Below the pieces are notes generated by a model. It had not been told where the DNA came from. It was given only the letters and a program-made list of their open reading frames with translations, and searched no databases. A DNA stretch of 56,776 bases from Candidatus Methylomirabilales bacterium (GTDB taxonomy: Bacteria > Methylomirabilota > Methylomirabilia > Methylomirabilales > CSP1-5): the NCBI GenBank assembly GCA_046758505.1, contig JBHIAH010000011.1, positions 1 through 56,776 of the forward strand, given 5' to 3'. Position 1 is the first letter of the stretch; the number at the start of each line of letters is the position of its first letter. The position numbers were made by a program, and so were the translations under genes. This document shows, one piece after another, positions 41,601-51,765 of this stretch.

Positions 41601-42308
41601 ATGGATCCCCATTCGACTATCGGCGGGTACCCGTGTTTTGAGGCCTACCTGCCAGTCCAGTGCATGACCCCGACCCCCGGGCAGACCCGTCCGCGAGAGC
41701 TTGTCGGCAAAACCCGGTCCATCAGTGCCGGCGGACTCGAAATCCTGCTGCCCGAAAGCCTCCCCCTCAGGACGCCGCTCATCGTCCGGGTCGGCGACGG
41801 AGCGGCGCTGTGCGCTTACGTCGTCTCGGTCCACCAGAGTACGCCGACCATCGTGGGGACGATAGTGCCGCATCGTGTGGCCTTCGAGCAACCGGTTGAT
41901 CAAGCCGTCGTCGTGCAATGGATGTACCGCTCCGGACGGCAGTCCCACGCCCGGGCGCCCGTCCGCTTTGCCGTCGAATATGTCCAGGCTGGAACGGCGG
42001 GTCATGGGACGTGCCTCAATTTAAGCCGCGGAGGGATGTTCATCGCGACTCCTTCCCCCGCCCCGCCGGGATCGCAGGTCTCGCTCACCTTCAACCTGCC
42101 GACCCTCTCCCACACTTTTTCGGTCCTCGCCAACGTGGTGTGGATGCGTCAAGAGGAGAGAGAACCAAATGGTACGACGGGAATGGGGGTGCGGTTCCTC
42201 GATCCGAAGCCATCCGAGGGTGCCCTGATCGGGAGTATCGTCAACCGCCTTTGCGGCGCAGCATTCCCCCCGCCAGGCTCTCCCCCAATCCGCCCCCCTC
42301 CAAGGTAG
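41601..42308 (+). CDS. PilZ-domain protein (degenerate tandem PilZ)
   Basis: GGAGG RBS; SISAGGLEI and RQSHAR...NLSRGGMFI...VVW...GMGVRF patterns. Confidence 0.8.
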   Translation: MDPHSTIGGYPCFEAYLPVQCMTPTPGQTRPRELVGKTRSISAGGLEILLPESLPLRTPLIVRVGDGAALCAYVVSVHQSTPTIVGTIVPHRVAFEQPVDQAVVVQWMYRSGRQSHARAPVRFAVEYVQAGTAGHGTCLNLSRGGMFIATPSPAPPGSQVSLTFNLPTLSHTFSVLANVVWMRQEEREPNGTTGMGVRFLDPKPSEGALIGSIVNRLCGAAFPPPGSPPIRPPPR

Positions 42309-42509
42309 CGCACCTCGTTTCCTCCTGGCCCCTCTCCAAGACCTGCTGAACTCCGTTCCCTTCGTCATCTCCTCCGCCGACCCCAACCAGGACAAAATGT
42401 CATATCGAAGACCACAATGAGTCAAAATGTCCAACTCCGGCACCGCAAGAACCAAAGGACCCCCCCATTGGCAAGCCTGAGGAAAACCGGTATAGTGACA
42501 CCAGCACTC

Positions 42510-42668
42510 GCGGCTCGTGGCTGGTGAACGATGGTTGGTGATTGGTGAATGGTGAAAACGACCAGCCACTAGTCACTGACCACCAGTCACCTTCTTGTTG
42601 TCGGTCATCGGTCAGACGGTTCATAGTTCATGGTTCGTGGTTCGTGGAAATTCGAAATTACAAATCCT
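42510..42668. repeat. composite heptamer-repeat array
   Basis: TGGTGAA/TTGGTGA units with inverted AGTCAC/CCAG units, then TCGGTCA x2, GGTTCAT/GGTTCGT units, GAAATTC-type x3. Confidence 0.7.
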
Positions 42669-42712
42669 TAGCGTTTCCTGTCATCGGAGTCGTTTGACGA
42701 GAGATGCCTAGC

Positions 42713-43429
42713 ATGTCGCTCCAAGGAAAGGTTGCTGTGGTCACCGGAAGCACGCGGGGAATCGGCCGCGCCATTGCCGAGGCCTTGGTCGATGAGGGGC
42801 TCTCGGTCGTGATCTCCTCCCGCCGCCAGCGGGACGTAGATCGCACGGTCAGGGCGTGCCGCCAGCGGGCCAAGGGGAAGGTGGCAGGGATCGCCTGCGA
42901 TGTTCGGGAGTACCGGCAGGTAAAGCGGCTGATGGCTTTCGTCGTGCGAGAGTTCGGCGGTCTCGACGTCCTGGTGAATAACGCCGGGATTTCCCGCACG
43001 GCCTTGGTCGCTGATCTCACGCCCGAGGCGTGGCAAGAGATCATCGAAACCAACCTGACCGGGGTTTTTTACTGTTGTCGCGAGGCGATTCCCAAAATGC
43101 AGACGCGGGGGGGCGGCGACATCATCAATATCGGCTCCCTGGCCGGAGCGAACGCCCACCCGAGGATGGCCGCGTACAATGCCTCGAAGTTCGGCCTCCT
43201 CGGCTTCAGCGAAGCGCTGTTCCAGGAGGTCCGCTACGATGGGATTCGGGTGAGCCACATCATGCCCGGAAGTGTGGACACGGGGTTCTCCGCCGGGCGA
43301 GGGGAGAGATCGGGGTGGGCTATCCTCCCCGAGCATATCGCCGACATGGTGATCAGCCTTCTGAAATCCCCGCCGCGAACGATGATCACGCGGATCGAGA
43401 TGCGACCGGCAAAGCCCCGGCGGGGCTGA
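42713..43429 (+). CDS. SDR family oxidoreductase
   Basis: TGSTRGIG, NNAG, YNASK, PGSVDT; alternative start at 42704. Confidence 0.93.
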   Translation: MSLQGKVAVVTGSTRGIGRAIAEALVDEGLSVVISSRRQRDVDRTVRACRQRAKGKVAGIACDVREYRQVKRLMAFVVREFGGLDVLVNNAGISRTALVADLTPEAWQEIIETNLTGVFYCCREAIPKMQTRGGGDIINIGSLAGANAHPRMAAYNASKFGLLGFSEALFQEVRYDGIRVSHIMPGSVDTGFSAGRGERSGWAILPEHIADMVISLLKSPPRTMITRIEMRPAKPRRG

Positions 43430-43479
43430 GCCGGATGAACGCGGCGAAGCACCCGAAGAGACGAGGCCTCGACCACGGC

Positions 43480-44121
43480 ATGATTTTTCTGGAACAGGTG
43501 CCTTCCGACCTCGTGGTCGCCTGTTGGCTCCGGGCGGAGCTTTTCTCTCCGCGGTTTCGCCCCGGGGTCGTCAACGCCCTGCGGCACCTCCACCTTCCCC
43601 GGCGTGCGATCGAGAGGCCCAACCTGAACAGCCGCCGGGAGAATCGCTTGCGTCGCGAAGCCCTCCACCTTCACCGCGAAGACACCTGGGGAATCCTTCC
43701 CCCCCAGACGCAGTGGTGGCGGGCCGCGATCACCGCTCGTGAATTTCGACAGCTCCGGGTCATCAACTATCCGACCTGGACCCTTCTCGCCGGTGACACG
43801 GGGCGCCTGTCAGTGGCGGCGGCCGCCGTTGCCCGGGAAACGGTCCCCCCCCAGGCGAAGGGCCGGTGGGCTCACGAGGCCCAGGCGGTCATCATCCACG
43901 TGCTCGAGATGCGTGAACAGGGACAGCGCGCCGAGCTCCAGTCCGGACTCATCCTGCTGGGGGATCCCAGAGGGAAGACCTGGACGATCCTCGAAGGGAA
44001 TAAAAGGGCCACCGCCCTGTACATCCGGTGCCTGCTCACCAAGACCGAGCCCTTTCCCTCATCGATCCACGTTCTCGTCGGCCTCACCTCCGACCCATGC
44101 CCGTGCCTCCGGACCGCCTGA
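43480..44121 (+). CDS. hypothetical protein with a ParB/Srx-like (I/L)EGNKR motif
   Basis: WLRAEL.SPRF N-terminus; WTILEGNKRATAL; alternative start at 43435. Confidence 0.6.
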   Translation: MIFLEQVPSDLVVACWLRAELFSPRFRPGVVNALRHLHLPRRAIERPNLNSRRENRLRREALHLHREDTWGILPPQTQWWRAAITAREFRQLRVINYPTWTLLAGDTGRLSVAAAAVARETVPPQAKGRWAHEAQAVIIHVLEMREQGQRAELQSGLILLGDPRGKTWTILEGNKRATALYIRCLLTKTEPFPSSIHVLVGLTSDPCPCLRTA

Positions 44122-44164
44122 TTTCCCTCATGCACGTCCAGCCCGTCGCCACCGGCGCCGGGCG

Positions 44165-44330
44165 AACCGACGACCGGTGCGCAATTTACAATTTCGAACT
44201 TCGGATTGCGAATTTCGCATCTCCACGAACCGAGAATCGTGCATCGCCAATCCACCGGCAACGGGCCACCAACCACCAACAATGGACTGTGACCGAGCTG
44301 ACTGTTGATCGCCCATTGCCGACAGCCCTC
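44165..44330. repeat. composite heptamer-repeat array, mirror of 42510-42668
   Basis: CAATTTC/GAATTTC-type x5, TCCACGAACC, CACCAAC x2, TGACCGA/CTGACTG. Confidence 0.65.
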
Positions 44331-45002
44331 CTAACCGTGGCGAAGGTGGAGCGCCAGGTGGGTAATGTGCCGGTACACCTCTCGAGCCCCGTGCGCCTTC
44401 AATGCAGTCTCGGGAAACAGATGGGCGATACCGACCGCGTAACAGCCGAACTCCGCGGCCGTGGTGACATCTTCGGGCCTGCTGGCGAGAACAAAACTCT
44501 GTGCGGCAAAGGCCTCGAGCGGCACCCCGACCGCGTCCGCACAGAGCGCGATCTGCGCGCCCCACCCCAGGGCCCGCTCACTTCCAATGACCTGCTCGAA
44601 CAGACCGTGAAGCTCCGCCTCATCTAGTTTCCGCGCGGCGACACCCGACTCTGTCTCGCACAGCGCAAACAGGCGTGCCCCGCGAGCAACGAGGGTCTCC
44701 CCGAGCTCCCGTGCCCCTTCCGAGACCACCGGCCGTGTGGCCGCCACACCCATCCGAAACGCGGTGGCCACCTCGGCCGCCCCCTCCGGGGAGTGCCCGT
44801 GCTGGGCAAGGAGGCGTGCGAACTTGGCCTCCAAGGGGAGTGTCTCATGGGCCTGGTAAAAGCGGAGGGCGTCCTTCGCTGCGATCTGATATCGTTGTTG
44901 CAGGAACCGGCCAAATTCCCGCCGGTACAAGATCCCCGGGTTGAAGATGACCCCTTCCAAGTCCACCAGCCCGAACCGAAAATCGAGGATCCGCGTCCCC
45001 AT
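44331..45002 (-). CDS. HAD-superfamily hydrolase-like protein (degenerate motifs)
   Basis: VDLEGVIF motif I-like; motif IV appears altered (LASRPEDV). Confidence 0.65.
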   Translation of the reverse strand: MGTRILDFRFGLVDLEGVIFNPGILYRREFGRFLQQRYQIAAKDALRFYQAHETLPLEAKFARLLAQHGHSPEGAAEVATAFRMGVAATRPVVSEGARELGETLVARGARLFALCETESGVAARKLDEAELHGLFEQVIGSERALGWGAQIALCADAVGVPLEAFAAQSFVLASRPEDVTTAAEFGCYAVGIAHLFPETALKAHGAREVYRHITHLALHLRHG

Positions 45003-45328
45003 ACGCCCTGAAGTAACCGCGGCATCAGGTAAGGTCAACCGCGGTTCCACGGACGACCGGCACCCCCGTCCCCGCCGAAAGAGGGAATCACCTGACGTGG
45101 TGTCACTCTGCCGCCCAAAGTAGAAAATCTCCCCACGATCCAGTCCGCATCGTGATATGTTCTCACCAATGCCCGAAAGGCTTCTTTTTCAAATATTGTC
45201 CGCCTCCAGCTCGCGTAGCGAAAATTGTCCGCGATTGCTGAGCCATCCTTGGATCCCCGGATGTGCTCACAGGTAACAGCTCACACGGTCCGCCTGAGGC
45301 ATCCGTAAGCCGGGGCCGGGGTGCACAC

Positions 45329-45355
45329 AAAAAGGCCCCGCGGGATTGCGGGGCC
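45329..45355 (-). terminator. intrinsic terminator after glnA
   Basis: GGCCCCGC stem followed by T5 on the minus strand. Confidence 0.8.
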
Positions 45356-45376
45356 CTCCGGGGAAACGACAACGCC

Positions 45377-46789
45377 CTACAGATCGAAGTAGAGGACAAA
45401 TTCGTACGGGTGGGGGCGGAGTCGGACCGGATCCACTTCTTTCGTCCGCTTGTACCAGAGCCAGGTCTCGATGACATCCTCGGTAAAGACATCCCCCATC
45501 AGGAGAAACTCGTGATCCCGCTCGAGGGCGTCGAGCGCATCACCCAAGGAGCCCGGGACCGCCGGGACCTCTGCCAGCTCCTCCGGCGGCAACTCGTAGA
45601 TGTCCTTGTCGAGAGGAGATCCGGGATCGATCTTATTCAGGATCCCGTCCAGTCCCGCCATGAGCATCGCGGCGAAGGCGAAGTAGCCGTTACAGGTGTT
45701 ATCGGGGAAGCGGACTTCGATCCGCTTTGCCTTGGGGCTTGGGCTATACATCGGGATCCGCACGCCCGCCGACCGATTCCGGCTGGAGTATGCCAGGTTC
45801 ACGGGCGCCTCGTAGCCCGGCACCAGCCGCTTGTAAGAGTTGGTCGTGGGAGCGACGAACGCACACAGGGCCGCTGCATGGTGAAGAATTCCCCCGATAT
45901 AGTAGAGCGCCACGTCGGACAGCCCGGCGTATCCGTGGCCGGCGAAGAGAGGCTGACCTCCCTTCCAGAGGCTCTGGTGGGTGTGCATGCCTGAGCCATT
46001 GTCACCAAAGAGTGGCTTGGGCATGAACGTCACGGTCTTGCCCTGCTTCCGCGCCACGTTCCTGATCACGTACTTGTACATCATGAGATGGTCGGCCATC
46101 TGGGTGAGGGGGGCAAAGCGCATATCGATCTCCGCCTGCCCGCCCGTGGCGACTTCGTGGTGTTGCGCCTCCACCTTGATCCCCATCTGCTCCAAGATGA
46201 GCACCATCTCGGTCCGAAGGTCCATGAAGTGGTCGGTGGGGGGGACAGGAAAGTACCCCTCCTTGTACCGGGACTTGTAGCCAAGGTTCGGGCCCTCCGC
46301 CCGTCCGGTGTTCCACTGCCCCTCGATGGAGTCGACAAAGTGGTAACCACACTGCGACTGAAAGTCGAACCGGACGTCGTCAAAGATGAAGAACTCGGGT
46401 TCCGGTCCGAAGTAGGCCGTGTCGGCGATGCCAGTGGCCCTCAGGTACGCCTCGGCCTTCTGGGCGACGCTACGGGGATCCCGGGTATACTGCTCCCGGG
46501 TGATCGGGTCCAGGATGTTGCACACCAGGCTGAGGGTGGGGACCGCGGTGAAGGGGTCCATGACGGCCGTCACGGGATCCGGGAGGACGACCATGTCGCT
46601 CGCGTGGATCGCTTGCCAGCCCCGGATGCTCGATCCATCAAAGCCGACCCCCTCCTCAAAGGTGGCCTCGTCCAGGCTGCCGATAGGGATGGTAAAGTGT
46701 TGCCACATCCCCGGAAAATCCATGAACTTCAGATCCACCATCCTGGCCCCATGGTCCCGACCAAATTTAACTACCTCTTTCGGCGTCAT
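45377..46789 (-). CDS. glnA: glutamine synthetase type I
   Basis: [41 protein letters not shown], adenylylation-site DIYEL. Confidence 0.97.
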   Translation of the reverse strand: MTPKEVVKFGRDHGARMVDLKFMDFPGMWQHFTIPIGSLDEATFEEGVGFDGSSIRGWQAIHASDMVVLPDPVTAVMDPFTAVPTLSLVCNILDPITREQYTRDPRSVAQKAEAYLRATGIADTAYFGPEPEFFIFDDVRFDFQSQCGYHFVDSIEGQWNTGRAEGPNLGYKSRYKEGYFPVPPTDHFMDLRTEMVLILEQMGIKVEAQHHEVATGGQAEIDMRFAPLTQMADHLMMYKYVIRNVARKQGKTVTFMPKPLFGDNGSGMHTHQSLWKGGQPLFAGHGYAGLSDVALYYIGGILHHAAALCAFVAPTTNSYKRLVPGYEAPVNLAYSSRNRSAGVRIPMYSPSPKAKRIEVRFPDNTCNGYFAFAAMLMAGLDGILNKIDPGSPLDKDIYELPPEELAEVPAVPGSLGDALDALERDHEFLLMGDVFTEDVIETWLWYKRTKEVDPVRLRPHPYEFVLYFDL

Positions 46790-46809
46790 CCCTTCCCCCC
46801 CCCAGTGGT

Positions 46810-46939
46810 TAACCGATGACCGACCACCGACGACCGTTAGTCTGGTTCACGGTTTAGGGTTCATGGTTCAGGGCCACAGCAACCTTGAGGTCTTGGTCTC
46901 CCAACCCTCAACTCTCAACCATGAACTCTGAACCATCAA

Positions 46940-46940
<1 letters not shown>
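46810..46940. repeat. heptamer inverted-repeat array between glnB and glnA
   Basis: GGTTCAC GGTTTAG GGTTCAT GGTTCAG ... ACCCTCA ACTCTCA ACCATGA ACTCTGA ACCATCA. Confidence 0.7.
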
Positions 46941-47383
<443 letters not shown>

Positions 47384-47472
47384 TCACCAAACCCTGCGCC
47401 TGTCAATCAGCGGAAACTGCATGAGAATACGGACCCAAGGGCTTGTCCCTTCTCCCCCTCACCCCCCTTTCA

Positions 47473-47519
47473 TGCCCACGAATTAGGCAGCTCCACAGAT
47501 CCTGCCCGCTTCATCAGCA
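47473..47519. promoter_or_regulatory. two putative NtrC-binding sites
   Basis: TGCCC-N7-AGGCA (47473-47489) and TGCCC-N7-CAGCA (47503-47519), resembling TGCAC-N7-GTGCA, 30 bp apart and about 100-140 bp upstream of the sigma54 site. Confidence 0.55.
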
Positions 47520-47531
47520 GGATTCCAGTAT

Positions 47532-47678
47532 AGCAGTCAGCCGTCAGCGGTCCGCTATCAGCACAGGGAAAGGCTACCGACAACTGCCTTTTCACTCATC
47601 CCATAAAGCTGACTGCTGACAGCTGATTGCCGACTGCCCTTTGCTAACAGCTGCTTTCGATCCTCGGTCATCGGTCAA
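47532..47678. repeat. heptamer inverted-repeat array downstream of galT
   Basis: CAGTCAG CCGTCAG CGGTCCG CTATCAG ... GCTGACT GCTGACA GCTGATT GCCGACT. Confidence 0.75.
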
Positions 47679-48685
47679 CGGTCAGTAGTTAGCGCGGCAT
47701 TCTGAAGGTATCGTGCCGCTTCTTCCGGGGGAGTCGGGTTAATGTAGAAGCCGGTCCCCCACTCGAAGCCGGCCACCCGAATCAGCCTCGGGGTAATCTC
47801 GAGGTGCCAGTGGTAATGGAGGTGATCATCCTCCTGAAATGGGGAACTGTGAATCACGAAGTTATAGGGGGGAGTGGACAGGACGCGGTCCATCCGCTGC
47901 AAGGTCTCTTGGAGGATGCGAGCGAGGCTCACGTACGCCTCCCTGGGGGCATCCTCAAAGGAGGCATCGTGATTCCGGGGGACGATCCAGGTCTCGAAGG
48001 GGAATCGCGAAGCGAACGGCGCCATGGCTACGAAGTGATCGTCTGCCGAGACCACGCGCCTCGTTTGCGCGAGTTCCTGTCGAACCATGTCGCAGTACAC
48101 ACACCGTTCCTTGTAGTCGTAGTACGCCTTCGCTCCGTCCACCTCTTCCCGCACCCGTTTGGGGATGATCGGCGTCGCAATGAGCTGGGAATGCGGGTGC
48201 TCGAGGGAGGCCCCCGCAGCCTCCCCCTGGTTCTTGAAGATCAAGACATACTGCAATCGCGGATCCTTCTTGAGGTCGAGGATTCGGTCTCGATAGGCCC
48301 ATAGGACATCCTTGACCTGATGCACTGGCATGGTGGCCAGCGTCTGGTCGTGGTGGGGGGTCTCGACGATCACCTCGTGGGCACCGACACCGTTCATCTT
48401 GTCATAGATCCCCTCCCCCTGCCGGTTGAGATTCCCCTCGATCATGAGGGCGGGGAACTTGTTGGCGATGACCCGGACGTGCCATCCCGGGGTGTTGGGC
48501 GGTCCCCCATCGTTGCGATAGGCCATGATCTCTGGCGGGGTCTTCTCTTCGTGCCCCGGGCAAAAGGGACAGAACCCCGATTCCTGAGGAAGAAGCTCCG
48601 AAACGAAGTCGGATGGCCGCCTCGCGCGCTCTGTCGAGATGATCACCCACCGACTGGTGACCGGATCTTTCCGGAGCTCTGGCAT
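47675..48685 (-). CDS. galT: galactose-1-phosphate uridylyltransferase-like (GalT/HIT)
   Basis: MPELRKDP, CPFCPG, GASLEHPHSQ, HWHLEI, AGFEWGTG. Confidence 0.92.
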   Translation of the reverse strand: MPELRKDPVTSRWVIISTERARRPSDFVSELLPQESGFCPFCPGHEEKTPPEIMAYRNDGGPPNTPGWHVRVIANKFPALMIEGNLNRQGEGIYDKMNGVGAHEVIVETPHHDQTLATMPVHQVKDVLWAYRDRILDLKKDPRLQYVLIFKNQGEAAGASLEHPHSQLIATPIIPKRVREEVDGAKAYYDYKERCVYCDMVRQELAQTRRVVSADDHFVAMAPFASRFPFETWIVPRNHDASFEDAPREAYVSLARILQETLQRMDRVLSTPPYNFVIHSSPFQEDDHLHYHWHLEITPRLIRVAGFEWGTGFYINPTPPEEAARYLQNAALTTDR

Positions 48686-48708
48686 CGAGGACCTCGCCTC
48701 CCCCCTGA

Positions 48709-49650
48709 CTACACCGCGCCGAGCAGCGTCACCACCGCCTGCTGGACTGCCAGATCAGCCCCATCCACCGTGAGGGTCGCCCCACGGGTCACGCCGTCCC
48801 GCGCCCCCGCCCCGACGACCGCTTCAAGCATCGCCCCTTCATCCTTCGCGGTGTGCAGGAGCCGACGACCGACCAGCGCTTGGAGGCAGGTGACCACCCC
48901 GTAAGCTCCCCAGTTGGAGATGGAACTCACCACGAGCACGTCTGCCCGAACATCACAGCCGAGACTCCCCCGGCACGGACACCGACACTGCCCGGTGCGA
49001 AGCCGGGGTCTCGCACGCGGATCGAGGAGGAGCCCAAAACCCACCTCGTTGCCCCGGTCGCCGACCGCCACGGCGAGGACACCCCGGCCCCTGGCAGCGT
49101 CAAATAGCCCCCGGACGCCGGCATGGCTTGCCGAGACATCCCGGCCCCACATGTCGTGAACGACCCCCTTCGGATTGGGACCCAGCTTCTCCACGCTGAT
49201 GAGGGCCGTCGGTTTCAGTTCCTCGAACAAGCGATATCCTGTCCCCTCCTCGCCTTGGGGCAGGGGGAGGAGGGAGGTATCCGCTCCTATCACCCCGAGC
49301 ACCGCCCGAAGTGGCACCAGATTCCTCTCTTCCGAGATCACAACGGGTCGAGCCCCGAGGCCCAGACGCAGGGCCTGCGCCAGCACCGCAACTCCTAGGG
49401 GACCATCGGTCTCGCCAGCGGGGAACTCAGGTGGCCCCCCCGCCCCGGTGAGGAGCAGGATGACATCCCCCGACCCCACCACCTCCGCGACGCGAGAGGC
49501 TGCCAGCAGGGTGAGCGGAGCCTTCTGGAGGCGTCGCGCCGCCCGATACAACCGGCGGACATCCCCCCCGCGGCTCCCCCGCGCCAGGAGACAGATTTGG
49601 TCCGCCGCCTCACCGAGCTTCCCAGCGCCTGCCGAGCCACGCCCCGTCAC
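48709..49650 (-). CDS. DUF4392 / D-glutamate cyclase C-terminal-like domain protein
   Basis: ETDGPLG, ISVEKLG, GDRGNEVG, SISNWGAYG, DGVT..TVDG. Confidence 0.8.
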   Translation of the reverse strand: MTGRGSAGAGKLGEAADQICLLARGSRGGDVRRLYRAARRLQKAPLTLLAASRVAEVVGSGDVILLLTGAGGPPEFPAGETDGPLGVAVLAQALRLGLGARPVVISEERNLVPLRAVLGVIGADTSLLPLPQGEEGTGYRLFEELKPTALISVEKLGPNPKGVVHDMWGRDVSASHAGVRGLFDAARGRGVLAVAVGDRGNEVGFGLLLDPRARPRLRTGQCRCPCRGSLGCDVRADVLVVSSISNWGAYGVVTCLQALVGRRLLHTAKDEGAMLEAVVGAGARDGVTRGATLTVDGADLAVQQAVVTLLGAV

Positions 49651-50165
49651 CGCACGGTCACCCGCGCCCGGAGGCGATTGCTCACCCGCCCCTTGCGATC
49701 CACCACAAAGACCTCGTAGACACGGACCCCGCCGATCTCTTCCTCGGTCCTCTCGGGCTCCACGATGCCTCCTTCGTACCTCCGCGTCTCGGAGGTGAGG
49801 GGCGCAAAGCGGCGTTTGAAGCTGACAGTGATCCTCTCCTCGGCCGTCCCCTCCGTTTGCCCGAGGTAACGCCCGTGGCTGACCACGGTCGGCCGAAGGC
49901 CGGTGGCGAGGCGAAAGTCTGCGACTTCTCTTTTCAGTCCAAGATAGACGTTCATAATATCCCCGTCCAGATCACGAAAATCGAAGCGTAAGGTTACCTC
50001 CCCCCCCTTTTCCACCACCCGTGGCTCGATCCGGAAGTTGCTAATTCGAGGGACCCCCGGGCCAGGCGTAGAGGGCTCAAACTCGCTCGCAGCGCAACCG
50101 CTGCACAGTACCGCCGCTGCGATCGAGCCCACGATGAACAGTTTCCCTTCGCTGAGCCTCTTCAT
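49647..50165 (-). CDS. putative lipoprotein (beta-rich)
   Basis: GAGGAG RBS; signal ending LCSG-C; F.F.D.DGD motif; GTGA overlap with the next gene. Confidence 0.7.
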   Translation of the reverse strand: MKRLSEGKLFIVGSIAAAVLCSGCAASEFEPSTPGPGVPRISNFRIEPRVVEKGGEVTLRFDFRDLDGDIMNVYLGLKREVADFRLATGLRPTVVSHGRYLGQTEGTAEERITVSFKRRFAPLTSETRRYEGGIVEPERTEEEIGGVRVYEVFVVDRKGRVSNRLRARVTVR

Positions 50166-50178
50166 GCTCCGCGTCTCC

Positions 50179-51765
50179 TCATCGATTGCCCTCCGTCGTC
50201 CTCCCGTACCCACCCCCCCCGGGGGTGCGAATACTGATGACGTCGCCGGCACGGGCCTGGATATGAAACTTGGAACCCAGGGGTCTCTCCCCGTTCGGAG
50301 TGACGAGGATACTCTCTCCCGCCTGACCCGCCTCTCCGCCTCGGAGCCCGTAAGGCCGAAACCGCCTGCGGTCCGACAGCAGACCGACCGCAGCGTCCGT
50401 GAGCAACCCAATATCACGTCGGATCCCGTCCCCCCCTCGATATCTGCCCTTGCCGCCCGAGCCACGGCGGATCTCGTAACGGAGAACCCGGAGCGGATAG
50501 GCGTGCTCCAAGGCCTCGATGGGCGTGTTCCGCGTATTCGTCATATGGGTCTGCACCGCATCCATGCCGTCTCGGGTCGGCCGGGCTCCCATCCCCCCGG
50601 CGATGGTTTCGTAGTAGGCAAAATTTCGACCGCGCTCAGGATCAGGGCCCCCGATGATCAGATTGCTCATGGTCCCGGCACTCGCCGCGGGGATGCGATC
50701 GGGCAACGCCTTGGCCAACGCCCGCAGCAGCACATCCACGATCCGCTGAGACGTCTCCACGTTCCCACCGGCGACGGCCGCGGGGGGCACGGCGTTGACT
50801 ACCGTGCCCGCCGGGGCAATGACGGTCAGAGGCACCATGCAGCCCGCATTGGAAGGGATATCAAAGTCGACCAGACAGCGGAAGACGTAGAAGACCGCCG
50901 ACAGCGTCACCGCATACACGGCGTTGACGCTGCCGGCGACTTGCGGGGACGTCCCGGTGAAATCGATGACGGCCTGATCCCCCGTGACGGTCACGGCCAC
51001 GGCGATCCGAATGGGCTCGGCGCCGATCCCATCATCGTCCAGGTAATCCTCACATGTGTACCGACCATCCGGGATCCGCCGGATGGCTTCTCGCGTCATC
51101 CGCTCGGCATACGCCTTGAGTGCATCCATATACTGGCGCGCCTCTTCCGCCCCGGCGCGGGCGACGACCTCCAGGAGCCGCCTCCGCCCGGTTTCGTTCG
51201 CCGCCAGCTGAGCCTCCAGATCCCCCTCCCGCTCCTCGGGGGTCCGGACGTTCGCCAGCAGAAGATCGAACACGTCCCGGTTCAGGTTCCCCCCGTCCAC
51301 CAGGGTCACCGGCGGGATCCGAATCCCCTCCTGAAAGATCTCCGTGGTCACGGCCATCGAGCCGGGGGCCATCCCCCCCACATCGGCATGATGAGCCCGG
51401 TTCGCCACAAAGAAGAGCGGCGCGGGACTCTCGTCTGCGAAGACAGGGGAAACGAGGGTCAGGTCGGGGAGATGGGTCCCTCCCCGGTACGGATCGTTCA
51501 GGACCACGGTATCTCCCCGCCTGACGCGCCTCCCCTCCATGGCACCCTTGACCGCCAAGGGCATAGAGCCCAGATGGACGGGGATATGGGCCGCCTGGGC
51601 GACCATGGCGCACCCCCCGTCAAAGACGGCGCACGAGTAGTCCCGGCGCTCCTTGATATTGGGAGAGTGGCCGGTCCGACAGAGGGCAACCCCCATCTCT
51701 TCGGCCACCGAGGCGAAAAGATTTTTAAAGACTTCCAGCTTGATGGGATCGTATCGCGGCTTCAC
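50179..51765 (-). CDS. hydantoinase B / 5-oxoprolinase subunit B
   Basis: SPNIKERRDYSCA, HIPVHLG, NDPYRGGTHLPD, HHADVGG, YYETIAGG, TPGGGGYG; GTG start overlaps the subunit A stop. Confidence 0.92.
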   Translation of the reverse strand: MKPRYDPIKLEVFKNLFASVAEEMGVALCRTGHSPNIKERRDYSCAVFDGGCAMVAQAAHIPVHLGSMPLAVKGAMEGRRVRRGDTVVLNDPYRGGTHLPDLTLVSPVFADESPAPLFFVANRAHHADVGGMAPGSMAVTTEIFQEGIRIPPVTLVDGGNLNRDVFDLLLANVRTPEEREGDLEAQLAANETGRRRLLEVVARAGAEEARQYMDALKAYAERMTREAIRRIPDGRYTCEDYLDDDGIGAEPIRIAVAVTVTGDQAVIDFTGTSPQVAGSVNAVYAVTLSAVFYVFRCLVDFDIPSNAGCMVPLTVIAPAGTVVNAVPPAAVAGGNVETSQRIVDVLLRALAKALPDRIPAASAGTMSNLIIGGPDPERGRNFAYYETIAGGMGARPTRDGMDAVQTHMTNTRNTPIEALEHAYPLRVLRYEIRRGSGGKGRYRGGDGIRRDIGLLTDAAVGLLSDRRRFRPYGLRGGEAGQAGESILVTPNGERPLGSKFHIQARAGDVISIRTPGGGGYGRTTEGNR

